This document shows positions 48,453 to 57,897 of a stretch of DNA of 64,000 nt, in pieces. The notes beneath the pieces were generated by a model. It worked only from the letters and a program-made list of their open reading frames with translations, was not told the origin of the DNA and ran no database searches. Within the stretch, counting starts at the first letter, position 1; each line of letters opens with the position of its first letter. The stretch spans positions 73,216-137,215 of the forward strand of contig JARVGK010000003.1 of the NCBI GenBank assembly GCA_029762535.1, read 5' to 3'. This stretch comes from Thermoplasmatota archaeon (GTDB taxonomy: Archaea; Thermoplasmatota; Penumbrarchaeia; Penumbrarchaeales; Penumbrarchaeaceae). The translations under genes were made by a program, and so were the position numbers.

Positions 48453-49690
48453 CTCAGATTCCCTCCGTCGAAAAGGACCTCGAGCACCGAATCGATCCGG
48501 AGCAGGACATCCTTCAATTTCGAGGCTTGGCGTTTGGAGATCCCTTCTCTTTCCAGTTCCTTCAAGCCCTCTTCGAGGGCGGTCAATGCGCCTCCCACGT
48601 TCAGATCGTCGTCCATGTTCTCGGCGAAGCCTTTGGGCATGCCCTCTATGATCGATGTGTTACCGGGGAGGTCCGGACCATCTCCGGCCAGAAGGCCGCA
48701 GATGGATCCCCTGATCCCGTCGAGGCGCTCGCCGGAGCGCTCGAAGGCGTCGTACGTCATGTTCATCCTCCTACTGTAATGTCCCTCGATGAGGAAGAAT
48801 CGGATGTGCCTCCGATCGTACCCTTTTTCTATGAGGTCCTCCGGATAGATGACGTTCCCGGCGCTCTTTGACATCTTCTTGCCGTCGACAAGCAGATGGG
48901 CCCCGTGCAGCCAGAACGGAGACAGCTCCTCACCGCTGTAACCTTCGACCACGGCGATGTTGTAATCATGATGCCTGATGAGGTTGTCCTCTCCCCCGCA
49001 CCAGATGTCTATGGACGGGCCAAGTGTGTCGAGGACCATCGCCCCGTCCTGAACGTTCCATGAGGGCCTACCGGATCCCAGCTCCTCGTCCCAGCAGACC
49101 CTGTCCTCTTCGGAGCAGCCGTGCCAGAGTATGAAATCCCCCCTGTTCCACCGCATTCCCGGGTATGTGTCCTTTGAAAAGCGCATCCTTCTTTTGGGCC
49201 ATTCGTTCATGTCGAGCCCGTAGAGCCGCCCGAAGCCGGAGAACTTCAAAGGGTCGTAGAAGATGTCGTTCTTGTATCGGTAGGCCATTCCCTTTTTCAA
49301 CAGCAACTTGATGATCTCTACGGAGCGCGGGACCGATCCCGAGGCGCGGGGCAGCATGTCCGGCATCCTCATCCGGAGCAGCTCCCATTCCCGGAGCATA
49401 TCCTCCTCGTTCCTCCTGGTGAGCTCCGATACGTCCAGCTCCCTCTTCATCGACTCCAATATGGCCTTGTCCTCGACGTCCGTGATGTTCATGGCGCGCT
49501 TGACCCTCATTCCTCTGTAGATGAGGTATCTGACGAGTATGTCCTCGAACAGGAACGTCCTGTAGTTACCGATGTGCGGCCTCTGATATATCGAAGGCCC
49601 GCAGGTGAAGATCCTGACCTCGTTCCTGTGCTCGAAGGTCATCTTCTTCTTGCCCAGGCTATTGTGAAGGGTTAATCCCGTCCGCTCCAT
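48449..49690 (-). CDS. cysteinyl-tRNA synthetase-like class I ligase (atypical paralog)
   Basis: CGPS..PHIGN and KMSKS present; Zn-site motifs altered; ends after the DALR-like helix. Confidence 0.8.
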   Translation of the reverse strand: MERTGLTLHNSLGKKKMTFEHRNEVRIFTCGPSIYQRPHIGNYRTFLFEDILVRYLIYRGMRVKRAMNITDVEDKAILESMKRELDVSELTRRNEEDMLREWELLRMRMPDMLPRASGSVPRSVEIIKLLLKKGMAYRYKNDIFYDPLKFSGFGRLYGLDMNEWPKRRMRFSKDTYPGMRWNRGDFILWHGCSEEDRVCWDEELGSGRPSWNVQDGAMVLDTLGPSIDIWCGGEDNLIRHHDYNIAVVEGYSGEELSPFWLHGAHLLVDGKKMSKSAGNVIYPEDLIEKGYDRRHIRFFLIEGHYSRRMNMTYDAFERSGERLDGIRGSICGLLAGDGPDLPGNTSIIEGMPKGFAENMDDDLNVGGALTALEEGLKELEREGISKRQASKLKDVLLRIDSVLEVLFDGGNLR

Positions 49691-49742
49691 GTCCCGGCCA
49701 TATACTGTCAGCTTATATCCCATTCCCCTTGAATGATAGGGG

Positions 49743-52700
49743 TCACTCCTCCGAGTATGCGAGCCTTCTGCGAAGAAGGAGGAAAACGATGGTGAGGAGC
49801 AGCATGACGGCGATTATCAGGACCGGGACCCATATCCACATGTCGGTCCTTTCAACACCCTCCTCCTCCGGAGGGACGATCTCCCTGGCGATGCATACGA
49901 TGGGTACGGAACCTACCGTGTCGAGCCCCGTCCCGTCCATCACGATGTGTTCGAGGGTATACGTGCCCGGGGCGAAGGAGAGCTTGACCGAGGGATCCGT
50001 CGAGATGTTGACATCATCCAACCTCCACAGGTAGGTGAGCGAGGTCATGTCCGGGTCGAACGAATCCGACATGTCGAAGGTCACGTTCTCTCCCTCTTTC
50101 ACTCTGATGAGGCCGCTCTCGTGGATGGTTCCGTTGATCCGCAGCACCATGACCGGCATCATGTCTATGACTAGGACCCTTGCCGAGGCGTTGTCGTAGA
50201 GCTCTCCGTCCCAGACCATGAGCCTGATGCTGTGAAGACCCGCCGGGAGCCTCATTGAGAACGTCGGCTCGACCGAACGGTGGATCCCGTCCACGAACCA
50301 TGAGTATTGAATTTCCGCCCCTTCGGGATCGAAGCTGCCCTCCGATTCGAACGTGACATATTCCATCACGCCGTAATGTGAGCCGTCAATGGGCGACGAT
50401 ATGTTCGCGACGGGAGGGAGGTTCACGGGAGGAGGGCGCTCGATCACCGAGACGATCACCGATGAAAAGCTGAACAGCTCCCCGTCGCTCACGTTGAGGG
50501 TCACGGTATGGTCCCCGATCGAGAGGAAGGTATCGAACTCCATCTCTTCCGAAAGGAGGCCGTCGATGGAACTGCTCCATGAGAAGGTTATGGGATCTCC
50601 GTCGATGTCATAGGACCCACCCCCGGAGAAGATGATCCTGGTGTCCGAGTAGAACACGGAGCCGGACGCCGGACTTGTGATGAACGATGATGGGGGGTTG
50701 TTCCCGGGGACCACGCTGAAGGTGACAGTATCGGTCCCGTATCCACCCAGTCCGTCGGAGACGTTGAGGGAGACGTTGTGCGTGCCCGGAGCGAACCTCA
50801 TCGAGAATCCGCTGGACAGCGATATTATCTCGTTCCGGTCCATGTCGGACCAGACGTATGTCAGGGGATCGCCGTCCGGGTCGAGGGTCCCCTCCGAGTA
50901 GAAGGATATGGATGTCCCCAGGAGGAACTTTTCCCCTTCGATGGGCGACGATATGTTCGCGACGGGAGGGGCGTTGCGGCGAACCACGCTTATGTCGACC
51001 TTCGCCTTGGATGCGAATACGCCGTCATGGAACACCGTGAAGGTTATCGTGTGGTTCCTGATAGGCAGCGACATAGAGAACTCCAGCTCTTCGGAGATGG
51101 GTTCGAACAGGGCGCTGCTGGTCCAAAGGTAGGTAACGCGGTCACTTTCCCCCGGAAGGAGCCCTCCCGTGAACGTGATGGTCTCGTCCGAGTAATACGT
51201 CCCTGGAGACGGGCTCAGTATGATCGCGTCCGGGACCACGACAGCGGACTCGATGAGGACCCTCATCGATACGAAGGAGATCGTGTTCGGGGATAGGGCG
51301 CCTGCGACGATGTTGTAGCCGGGCCCGTCCAGGACCAGGGAGGCGTTCTTCCCCGGTTCCAGGAGTAGGATGTACGAGGGGATGAATCCAAGACCGGAGC
51401 GGAACAGGGTGAGGTTCTCATCGTTGAGGACCATGACCGGAAGGGTCGAGGACCCGTTCCTTTCAAGGGTATTACCTCTCAACAGATGGTCATCGAAGGA
51501 CCTCGTTCGCTGCCGGAGATCGTTCAGTAACAGGGTGTAGCGAGCGTCCTGCCCCGAAGCGTTAACAGGCTCGTTCATGAACGGGAACATGGTCGAGTTC
51601 AGGGTCACGTTGTAAAAGTGGTCCTGTCCGATCCCCGCCAGCGGATAGGCTAGCGTCAGGGTGCCGGGTGTCTCGGGGTGGTCCCCAATGTGAGAGATGA
51701 CCCTCACGTAGTAGTCGAAGTTGAAACCGACCTTGAAGGAGGCTGCCCCGGAAGCGTCAGTGGTATTGGCGATCAGCCCGATGCCGTAGGGGTTGTTGAA
51801 GGAGTCCTCCGTCCCGACGACGACAAGGGCGCCGTCAACTGGGATCCCGTGCGCGTCAAGGACGTTCACGGTCATGTTGGAGGTGAAGGTGTAAAGGGAC
51901 GTCGCGTCGAAGACGGACCCGTCGGGATCCAGTGCGGAGAAGGCGGATACGGCTCCCGGGGATCCCTCCGCGAAGGGGTCGTCCACCCTCCCGTCGTATG
52001 CGCGGATCAGGTGCCATCCGTCCTCGTAGAAATGGTTCCACGCATGCCATGTTCCGAAATCGACGACCTGCACTGCCGGGATCAGGGCGATCTTCAACGA
52101 GGCGGTCAGGAGATCCGAGTTCTCCCCGCACATCCCCCAGTGGTTCTTGTAATGGACGATCGGCTGCTTCGTCCTGTTGGCCTCCGGTGGGATCCCGAAC
52201 TGGGGCATGACCTCCCGCTGCCAGCGGGCGGCAGCGCCGAGGGCCCCGTTGTCGTCAAGGTCGTTGACGTTCCCCTTCCAGAGATATGTCTGGTTCTTCA
52301 AATAGTCCTTCAGTATGGGATATCCTGGATCGTCCGTCATGTTGAATAGATGGCTCCTCCAGAAGGAGCCGTTCGCCCTGTCGGAGTGGGAGCGGGAGTC
52401 CGGATCGATGTATGATGGTAACTCCATCGTGTTGATGGGCGGGACCAGATACTTGTAGTAGATCTCGTGGGGGAGGGTCCTGTTTCCGCTCTGCAACCTG
52501 TATTCGACCGTGGACCTCTGCCCGTCGGCGTGGTCGGAATCGACGATCCTGACGTAGTCGAGATGGGCGTCCATAGAGTACATCGCGACGACGTTGTCGA
52601 GGAAGACCATCGGATCGACGAGCGGGTGGGAGAGGACCTCCTTGGGGGCGCTCGCTATGGAGAAGGCGATCTCGTCGATGTATTGTTTAGGTATGGACCC

Positions 52701-53072
52701 ATCGTTGATGAGGGCGGAATATTTGGATCCGGTCGATGCGTCCAGAGAGAGCAGCTTCATGGTCAGGGAGGAGTTCAACCACTGAGGGGAACGCCTGACG
52801 GCGTCCTTGGAGGCGCCGTCCAGCAGTGAGAAGGGATCGAAGGCTGGTGAGACGGTCCTCTCGGTGCCATCGATCTCGATGATCATGGGGTTGCCTGTAT
52901 CGGCCCATGAGAGGACTTCGAACTCCTGCTCGACGTCCCAGACCACGCTCCAGCGTGAGAGAGGGGGATCCGATCCCGATGCGGGTGAGGAAGATCCTGT
53001 CATGAGCATGGAGAGGACCAAAGTTAACGATATCACCGATGCGATCCTGGAGTATATGCGAGATCGGGTCAT
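49743..53072 (-). CDS. cell-surface protein: transglutaminase-like domain plus about four PKD/Ig repeats and TM anchor
   Basis: GMCGENSD and HAWNHFY; repeated PPVANISSP...S.DPDGD.LTY.W. Confidence 0.8.
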   Translation of the reverse strand: MTRSRIYSRIASVISLTLVLSMLMTGSSSPASGSDPPLSRWSVVWDVEQEFEVLSWADTGNPMIIEIDGTERTVSPAFDPFSLLDGASKDAVRRSPQWLNSSLTMKLLSLDASTGSKYSALINDGSIPKQYIDEIAFSIASAPKEVLSHPLVDPMVFLDNVVAMYSMDAHLDYVRIVDSDHADGQRSTVEYRLQSGNRTLPHEIYYKYLVPPINTMELPSYIDPDSRSHSDRANGSFWRSHLFNMTDDPGYPILKDYLKNQTYLWKGNVNDLDDNGALGAAARWQREVMPQFGIPPEANRTKQPIVHYKNHWGMCGENSDLLTASLKIALIPAVQVVDFGTWHAWNHFYEDGWHLIRAYDGRVDDPFAEGSPGAVSAFSALDPDGSVFDATSLYTFTSNMTVNVLDAHGIPVDGALVVVGTEDSFNNPYGIGLIANTTDASGAASFKVGFNFDYYVRVISHIGDHPETPGTLTLAYPLAGIGQDHFYNVTLNSTMFPFMNEPVNASGQDARYTLLLNDLRQRTRSFDDHLLRGNTLERNGSSTLPVMVLNDENLTLFRSGLGFIPSYILLLEPGKNASLVLDGPGYNIVAGALSPNTISFVSMRVLIESAVVVPDAIILSPSPGTYYSDETITFTGGLLPGESDRVTYLWTSSALFEPISEELEFSMSLPIRNHTITFTVFHDGVFASKAKVDISVVRRNAPPVANISSPIEGEKFLLGTSISFYSEGTLDPDGDPLTYVWSDMDRNEIISLSSGFSMRFAPGTHNVSLNVSDGLGGYGTDTVTFSVVPGNNPPSSFITSPASGSVFYSDTRIIFSGGGSYDIDGDPITFSWSSSIDGLLSEEMEFDTFLSIGDHTVTLNVSDGELFSFSSVIVSVIERPPPVNLPPVANISSPIDGSHYGVMEYVTFESEGSFDPEGAEIQYSWFVDGIHRSVEPTFSMRLPAGLHSIRLMVWDGELYDNASARVLVIDMMPVMVLRINGTIHESGLIRVKEGENVTFDMSDSFDPDMTSLTYLWRLDDVNISTDPSVKLSFAPGTYTLEHIVMDGTGLDTVGSVPIVCIAREIVPPEEEGVERTDMWIWVPVLIIAVMLLLTIVFLLLRRRLAYSEE

Positions 53073-53201
53073 CTGGAGGCACCCCTATGGTATAGAAAAC
53101 CGTCTTCTGGTTAATATCATGTATGGTATGCCCTCTCCCGGGATCCCCCTATTTCACTTCTGATGGCAACATAAAAATAGATACCCTCCCATCGTGGGAG
53201 G

Positions 53202-54155
53202 ATGGCTCCCGAAAGATCGGATCCCACACTCGACGTCGAGATCTCCGGGATCCGCTTCCCCAACCCGCTCCTTCTCGCCTCCGGGATCGCGGACGAGACC
53301 GGGCTCTCCATGGCCAAGGCCGTAGAGAGGGGAGCAGGAGGGGTGGTCACAAAATCGCTATCCCTTGATCTCCGGGAGGGACACCGCAACCCCGTGGTCG
53401 TGGACCTTCAAAACGGCATGATCAATGCCATGGGCCTGCCGAACCCGGGCGCCTCCCATTACATCCGCGAGATAGAGGAGTACCGCAGACACACATCGGG
53501 CAAGAACCCCATCATCGCCTCGGTGTTCGGGTCCACCATCGAGGGTTACGCCGAATGCGCAAGGACGATCGCCGCCTCGGGTGTGGACGCCATCGAGCTC
53601 AACGGCTCATGTCCCAACGCCGAAGGGCTGGGGCTGGAGTTCGGACAGGACCCCGACGTCATATCGGACCTCATCAAGGCCGTCAGGTCCGCTGTATCGA
53701 TCCCTGTGTTCTTCAAACTCACACCCATGTGCAACGACATCGTGAAGCTCGCTTCGGCATGCCAGGATGCGGGAGCGGATGCCGTGGTCGCCATCAACAC
53801 CATGAAGTCCATGAAGATCGACATACGCACGGGCAGGCCCGTGCTCACCAACAGGTTCGGTGGCCTCTCCGGACCCGCGATCAAGCCCGTTGGGGTCAGG
53901 TGCACCTATGAGATCGCTTCCCGGCTGGACATACCCGTGATATCGGTGGGAGGCATATCCAACTGGGAGGACGCGGTCGAGTACATAATGGCCGGAGCGT
54001 CGGCGCTCCAGATCGGCACGGCCGTCGCATGGGGAAACCTCGACGTCTTCTCCCGGATACGCAGCGGGATCTCAGGTTTCATGAGGGCGGAGGGCTACTC
54101 CTCCCTCGAGGAGATGCGGGGGATCGCCCTGGAGGTGAAGAGATGGAGGTCCTGA
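53202..54155 (+). CDS. pyrD: dihydroorotate dehydrogenase 1B catalytic subunit
   Basis: NPLLLASG, INAMGLPNPG, ELNGSCPN, GGLSGPAIKP. Confidence 0.95.
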   Translation: MAPERSDPTLDVEISGIRFPNPLLLASGIADETGLSMAKAVERGAGGVVTKSLSLDLREGHRNPVVVDLQNGMINAMGLPNPGASHYIREIEEYRRHTSGKNPIIASVFGSTIEGYAECARTIAASGVDAIELNGSCPNAEGLGLEFGQDPDVISDLIKAVRSAVSIPVFFKLTPMCNDIVKLASACQDAGADAVVAINTMKSMKIDIRTGRPVLTNRFGGLSGPAIKPVGVRCTYEIASRLDIPVISVGGISNWEDAVEYIMAGASALQIGTAVAWGNLDVFSRIRSGISGFMRAEGYSSLEEMRGIALEVKRWRS

Positions 54156-54949
54156 GGATCGATGAGATCAGATCAGAGTGCAGGTCCTCATCGACCCTGT
54201 TCGTCAGCCCCGATCCGGAGAAGTGGCCGGGTTTCGTACCGGGCCAGTTCGTCATGGTCTGGATCCCCGGCATTGACGAGGTGCCCATGTCCGTCTCGTA
54301 CATCGATAAGGATCCCTTCAGGATCGGCATCACGGTCCAGGGCATAGGTGAGGCGACGGAATCCCTCAGGACCCTCCCCGTCGGATCCCGCATCGGCATC
54401 AGGGGCCCCTACGGCAGAGGATTCGATCTCAGCGGAAAGAAGAGGCTCGTTGGAATATGCGGCGGTGTGGGGGCGGCCTCGATAGTCCTCGCATTGGAGA
54501 AGGCCAAGGACATTGGCAGGGAAATCGTTGTTCTATCAGGGTTCCGCTCGAAGGAGCTGGTCATGTTCGAGGACCGCTTCGGAAGGATCACGCCCGACAC
54601 CCATATATCGACGGACGACGGGTCGTACGGGTTCCACGGCCTGGTCACGGACCTGCTCCGCAAAGAGCTCAAGATGAACGATGCGGAGCTCATCGCCTGC
54701 GGCCCGGAGATGATGATGAAAGTCGTCCTCGATATCGGCTCGGAGTTCGGGGTCCATTCGCAATGCTCCCTGGAGAGGTACATGAAATGCGGCGTAGGGG
54801 TATGCGACTCCTGCTCCGTCTCCGGTCACAGGGTGTGCCAGGACGGGCCAGTCTTTACCGATGAGGAGATAGAGGCCATGCCGGAGTTCGGGTCCAGCCA
54901 CAGGGACAGGTCGGGCAGGGTCGTTTCACTGAAGGAGTGTGTCAGATGA
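54143..54949 (+). CDS. pyrK: dihydroorotate dehydrogenase electron-transfer subunit
   Basis: PGQFVMVW, RGPYG, ACGPE, MKCGVGVCDSC..VCQDGPVF. Confidence 0.93.
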   Translation: MEVLRIDEIRSECRSSSTLFVSPDPEKWPGFVPGQFVMVWIPGIDEVPMSVSYIDKDPFRIGITVQGIGEATESLRTLPVGSRIGIRGPYGRGFDLSGKKRLVGICGGVGAASIVLALEKAKDIGREIVVLSGFRSKELVMFEDRFGRITPDTHISTDDGSYGFHGLVTDLLRKELKMNDAELIACGPEMMMKVVLDIGSEFGVHSQCSLERYMKCGVGVCDSCSVSGHRVCQDGPVFTDEEIEAMPEFGSSHRDRSGRVVSLKECVR

Positions 54950-55773
54950 GGTCTTTCGTATCGGTCCTTGCTTTTATATTGATCATCGCGGTCGCATTGA
55001 TGCCGGCCGGGGCCGACAAGGACGATCCGATGCTTAGAGACGGGGACCCTCTTCGCCTCTACATCAGGAGGTCCCCGATACAGAACCTCACCTTCCTGAG
55101 GCTTTATGACTCGTTCAACAAGTCTATGGAGAACAAGCCGGAATACGTCCTGAATTTGGGTCCCAGGGGATCGGGCACCGATAAGGTCATACTATACCAG
55201 CCGACCTCCGCCCCCGACAACAGCCTGAAGTACGAGCCCAACGCTTCTATACAGGCGGCCTATTCCTTCAGCATTCTGGGGAAGGTCCCGCCATCGCCCA
55301 CCAACATCAGGTACAAGCTGCTCATCACCATAGAGTTCGATCTCAAGAGGGAGGGGAACTTCAAGGCCGATAGGATGTATGAATTCAGGGTAGAGGGCCT
55401 CTGCGATTCCAGGCTCTACGAGAAGAAGGGCAACCTGAGCATATCCGCGGGAGACCTCAAGAGGATGGACCCGGTACAAGGGGGCAGGATCAGGGTCACG
55501 ATAGCAAGGGAGGACTTCGAGGACACCCAGGTCTCTCTCTATACGGGGTACCGGGAGGGGAAATGCGAGATCGTCCTCCCGATGTCCAAATACACCTATA
55601 CGGGAAGCCAGGACGAGAACGGAGGCAGGCTGGCCTTCTTCATATTCCTGCTGGCACTGGCAGCGTTCGTGATGGTCGCCTACGTGTTCTTCAGCTGGAA
55701 GAACAAGAAGAAGGATGATGAAAAGCCCGAGCCCAAGAGCGCCAAGAGAAGGAAGAAGGGAAAGAGAAGATGA
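54946..55773 (+). CDS. hypothetical exported protein with C-terminal TM and basic tail
   Basis: Signal peptide, TM and Lys-rich tail; start overlaps the pyrK stop. Confidence 0.75.
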   Translation: MRSFVSVLAFILIIAVALMPAGADKDDPMLRDGDPLRLYIRRSPIQNLTFLRLYDSFNKSMENKPEYVLNLGPRGSGTDKVILYQPTSAPDNSLKYEPNASIQAAYSFSILGKVPPSPTNIRYKLLITIEFDLKREGNFKADRMYEFRVEGLCDSRLYEKKGNLSISAGDLKRMDPVQGGRIRVTIAREDFEDTQVSLYTGYREGKCEIVLPMSKYTYTGSQDENGGRLAFFIFLLALAAFVMVAYVFFSWKNKKKDDEKPEPKSAKRRKKGKRR

Positions 55774-56543
55774 ACGTCACACTGGATCTGAGGTGCGGGA
55801 TCTCCGGGGACATGCTGCTCGGGGCCATGCTGCATTGGTACTCGAAGAGCAGCGACATAACGGACGTTCTCACATCAATAGAGGAGGCATCGTCCGCCAT
55901 ATCGCCAACGAAGGTCTCCTTCGGCACGGTCGAGAGGCACGGGATCGCGTCCGGCCGCCTGGAGGTGAAGTGGAGGTCCGATCACGATCACATCAAGGCC
56001 GATCGCCTGATGGGCCATCTTCGAAGGTCCTTCGAGGATTCGGGCATAGGCAGGACTGGCAGGGAGATATCGGAGAAGATATTGAGGAGGATGCTGGAAG
56101 CGGAATCCATAGTCCATGTCGTGAGGGACCCCATGGACGTCCACCTCCACGAGACAGGAACGCCTGATACCATCGTCGATGTTCTGGGGATCGGCATGAT
56201 GTACGAGCTTCTGGAGCTGGATTCATGCTGGGTTCAGGCGACCCCGATCTCCCTCGGTTACGGAGAGGTAGATACCTCCCACGGGAAACTGAAGGTCCCC
56301 GTTCCGGCCGTCCGTGCGATGATAAGGGACGTCCCAGTTCGTGGGGGGCCGGTCTCTGGAGAGCTTGCCACCCCTACTGGCGTCGCCGCGGCGTTGGTGA
56401 TGACCGAGATATGGCTGGACCAGGAGACCGGCGGGGATATGTCGGAGATACACGGGGAGCGGGTCGGCTCCGGGGCCGGAAAGAGGGAATACGCTCCGCC
56501 TTTCAGGAACGCGCTCAACATATATCTGGAGGACCCTCGATGA
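55770..56543 (+). CDS. LarC-family nickel-insertion protein, N-terminal part only
   Basis: GISGDMLLGA, VHLHETG..DTIVDV, HGKLKVPVPA, ELATPTG.A. Confidence 0.8.
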   Translation: MNVTLDLRCGISGDMLLGAMLHWYSKSSDITDVLTSIEEASSAISPTKVSFGTVERHGIASGRLEVKWRSDHDHIKADRLMGHLRRSFEDSGIGRTGREISEKILRRMLEAESIVHVVRDPMDVHLHETGTPDTIVDVLGIGMMYELLELDSCWVQATPISLGYGEVDTSHGKLKVPVPAVRAMIRDVPVRGGPVSGELATPTGVAAALVMTEIWLDQETGGDMSEIHGERVGSGAGKREYAPPFRNALNIYLEDPR

Positions 56544-57208
56544 AGGATCGGTTCGATCTTATCCTGGACGGGAGAAAGGTGAGCGTATCCGTGAAGGACG
56601 ACCGCCTGGTCATCGAGGGGAAGGGGATCGTCCCCTCATCGGTTGCATGGTACTCCAGAAGAAGGATGCCTTTCTACTCCCTGCTCGCCATAGGCGCGCT
56701 GATCGCGGTCATCGGCATATTCGCGGGAACGATCGTCAACACCATCGAAGGGTTCGAATGGGCGGCGTTGGTGATAGTGTTCCCCTTGACCGTGCTTGCC
56801 ATACTAATTTTCGGATCGCTCGCCGGCGCCCCCCAGGAGCTGGTGTCCGTCAGGACCGATGAGACGGAGCATCTCTTCGGCGGTGATGTGGCGGACCTTC
56901 GATTGTTCCACTATCAAGCCTCGAAGATCACCATATCGAAAATGCCCTCGGACCCCTACGAGAAACAGGAGGGCAGGGCAGGGTCCATGAAGGGGTCCGA
57001 CCTTCTGAACGAGGAGGAGCGCACCGTCATGAAGAAGGACCTGAACAGGCTCCCGGGGAAGCGAAGGACCGTGAAGGGGAAGATATGCCCCCACTGCTCC
57101 TCGACAGAGATGTACTACGAGGCCGGTTTCCTGACGGGTTACGTGTATCACTGCAAGAGATGCGATTACGTCGGCTCCTTCGTCATAGAGAAGGAGCTGG
57201 AGGTATAG
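56540..57208 (+). CDS. hypothetical 2-TM protein with C-terminal zinc ribbon
   Basis: ATGA overlap with the larC-like gene; CPHC...CKRC. Confidence 0.7.
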   Translation: MKDRFDLILDGRKVSVSVKDDRLVIEGKGIVPSSVAWYSRRRMPFYSLLAIGALIAVIGIFAGTIVNTIEGFEWAALVIVFPLTVLAILIFGSLAGAPQELVSVRTDETEHLFGGDVADLRLFHYQASKITISKMPSDPYEKQEGRAGSMKGSDLLNEEERTVMKKDLNRLPGKRRTVKGKICPHCSSTEMYYEAGFLTGYVYHCKRCDYVGSFVIEKELEV

Positions 57209-57210
57209 CA

Positions 57211-57897
57211 GTGGTCGGATCGGTGGAGGAGGAAGTCCAGAGGAGGCAGGCCGCACATCTCAGGGAATGGCATCGCCACATGATGAGGAGGTTCGCCCCT
57301 GAGGCGCGCTCGGTCCTGGAGGTGGGCTGCGGCTCGGGATGCGTCATGGAGAACGTCTCGGATGTGTGTTCCATTTCCGGGATCGATCTCGATCCCAGGC
57401 AGGTGGCGTCAGCGAAGGAAAAGGGTCTGGATGTGATCCAGGGCAACGCTTTGGAGATGGATGCTCAGGATGATTCCTACGATGCCGTGGTCTGTTCCTT
57501 CTATTTGATGTGGAGCAGGTACATGGAAAAGGCCCTGAGGGAGATGATCAGGGTCTCCAGGGGGCCGGTGATAGTCATGTCCGAGCCCGTCTGGTCCATG
57601 TCCTGCCATGATCCTTCGGAGGTGTGGGACCTGATCGAGGCCCAGGTGCTGTCCATAAGGCATCGGGGAGGCGATCCCGACGCGGGTTTGACGATGATCC
57701 GCTTCCTTAGGGAGATGGGCGCCGAGTTCCTGTTCGGGACCGTGCCCCTTGAGATGCGCCTCCACGACATGGAGGACAACATCGCCTTCGAATACGAGTA
57801 CTCGATATCAAAAGGCTTCGACCTGGAACCGGTCCCGAACGCTACCCTGTTGGTTCCGTTCATATGGGCGTGCATCAACGGTATCAAGGGAGTATAG
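57211..57897 (+). CDS. class I SAM-dependent methyltransferase
   Basis: VLEVGCGSG, GIDLD, YDAVVC, ALREMIRV. Confidence 0.85.
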   Translation: MVGSVEEEVQRRQAAHLREWHRHMMRRFAPEARSVLEVGCGSGCVMENVSDVCSISGIDLDPRQVASAKEKGLDVIQGNALEMDAQDDSYDAVVCSFYLMWSRYMEKALREMIRVSRGPVIVMSEPVWSMSCHDPSEVWDLIEAQVLSIRHRGGDPDAGLTMIRFLREMGAEFLFGTVPLEMRLHDMEDNIAFEYEYSISKGFDLEPVPNATLLVPFIWACINGIKGV

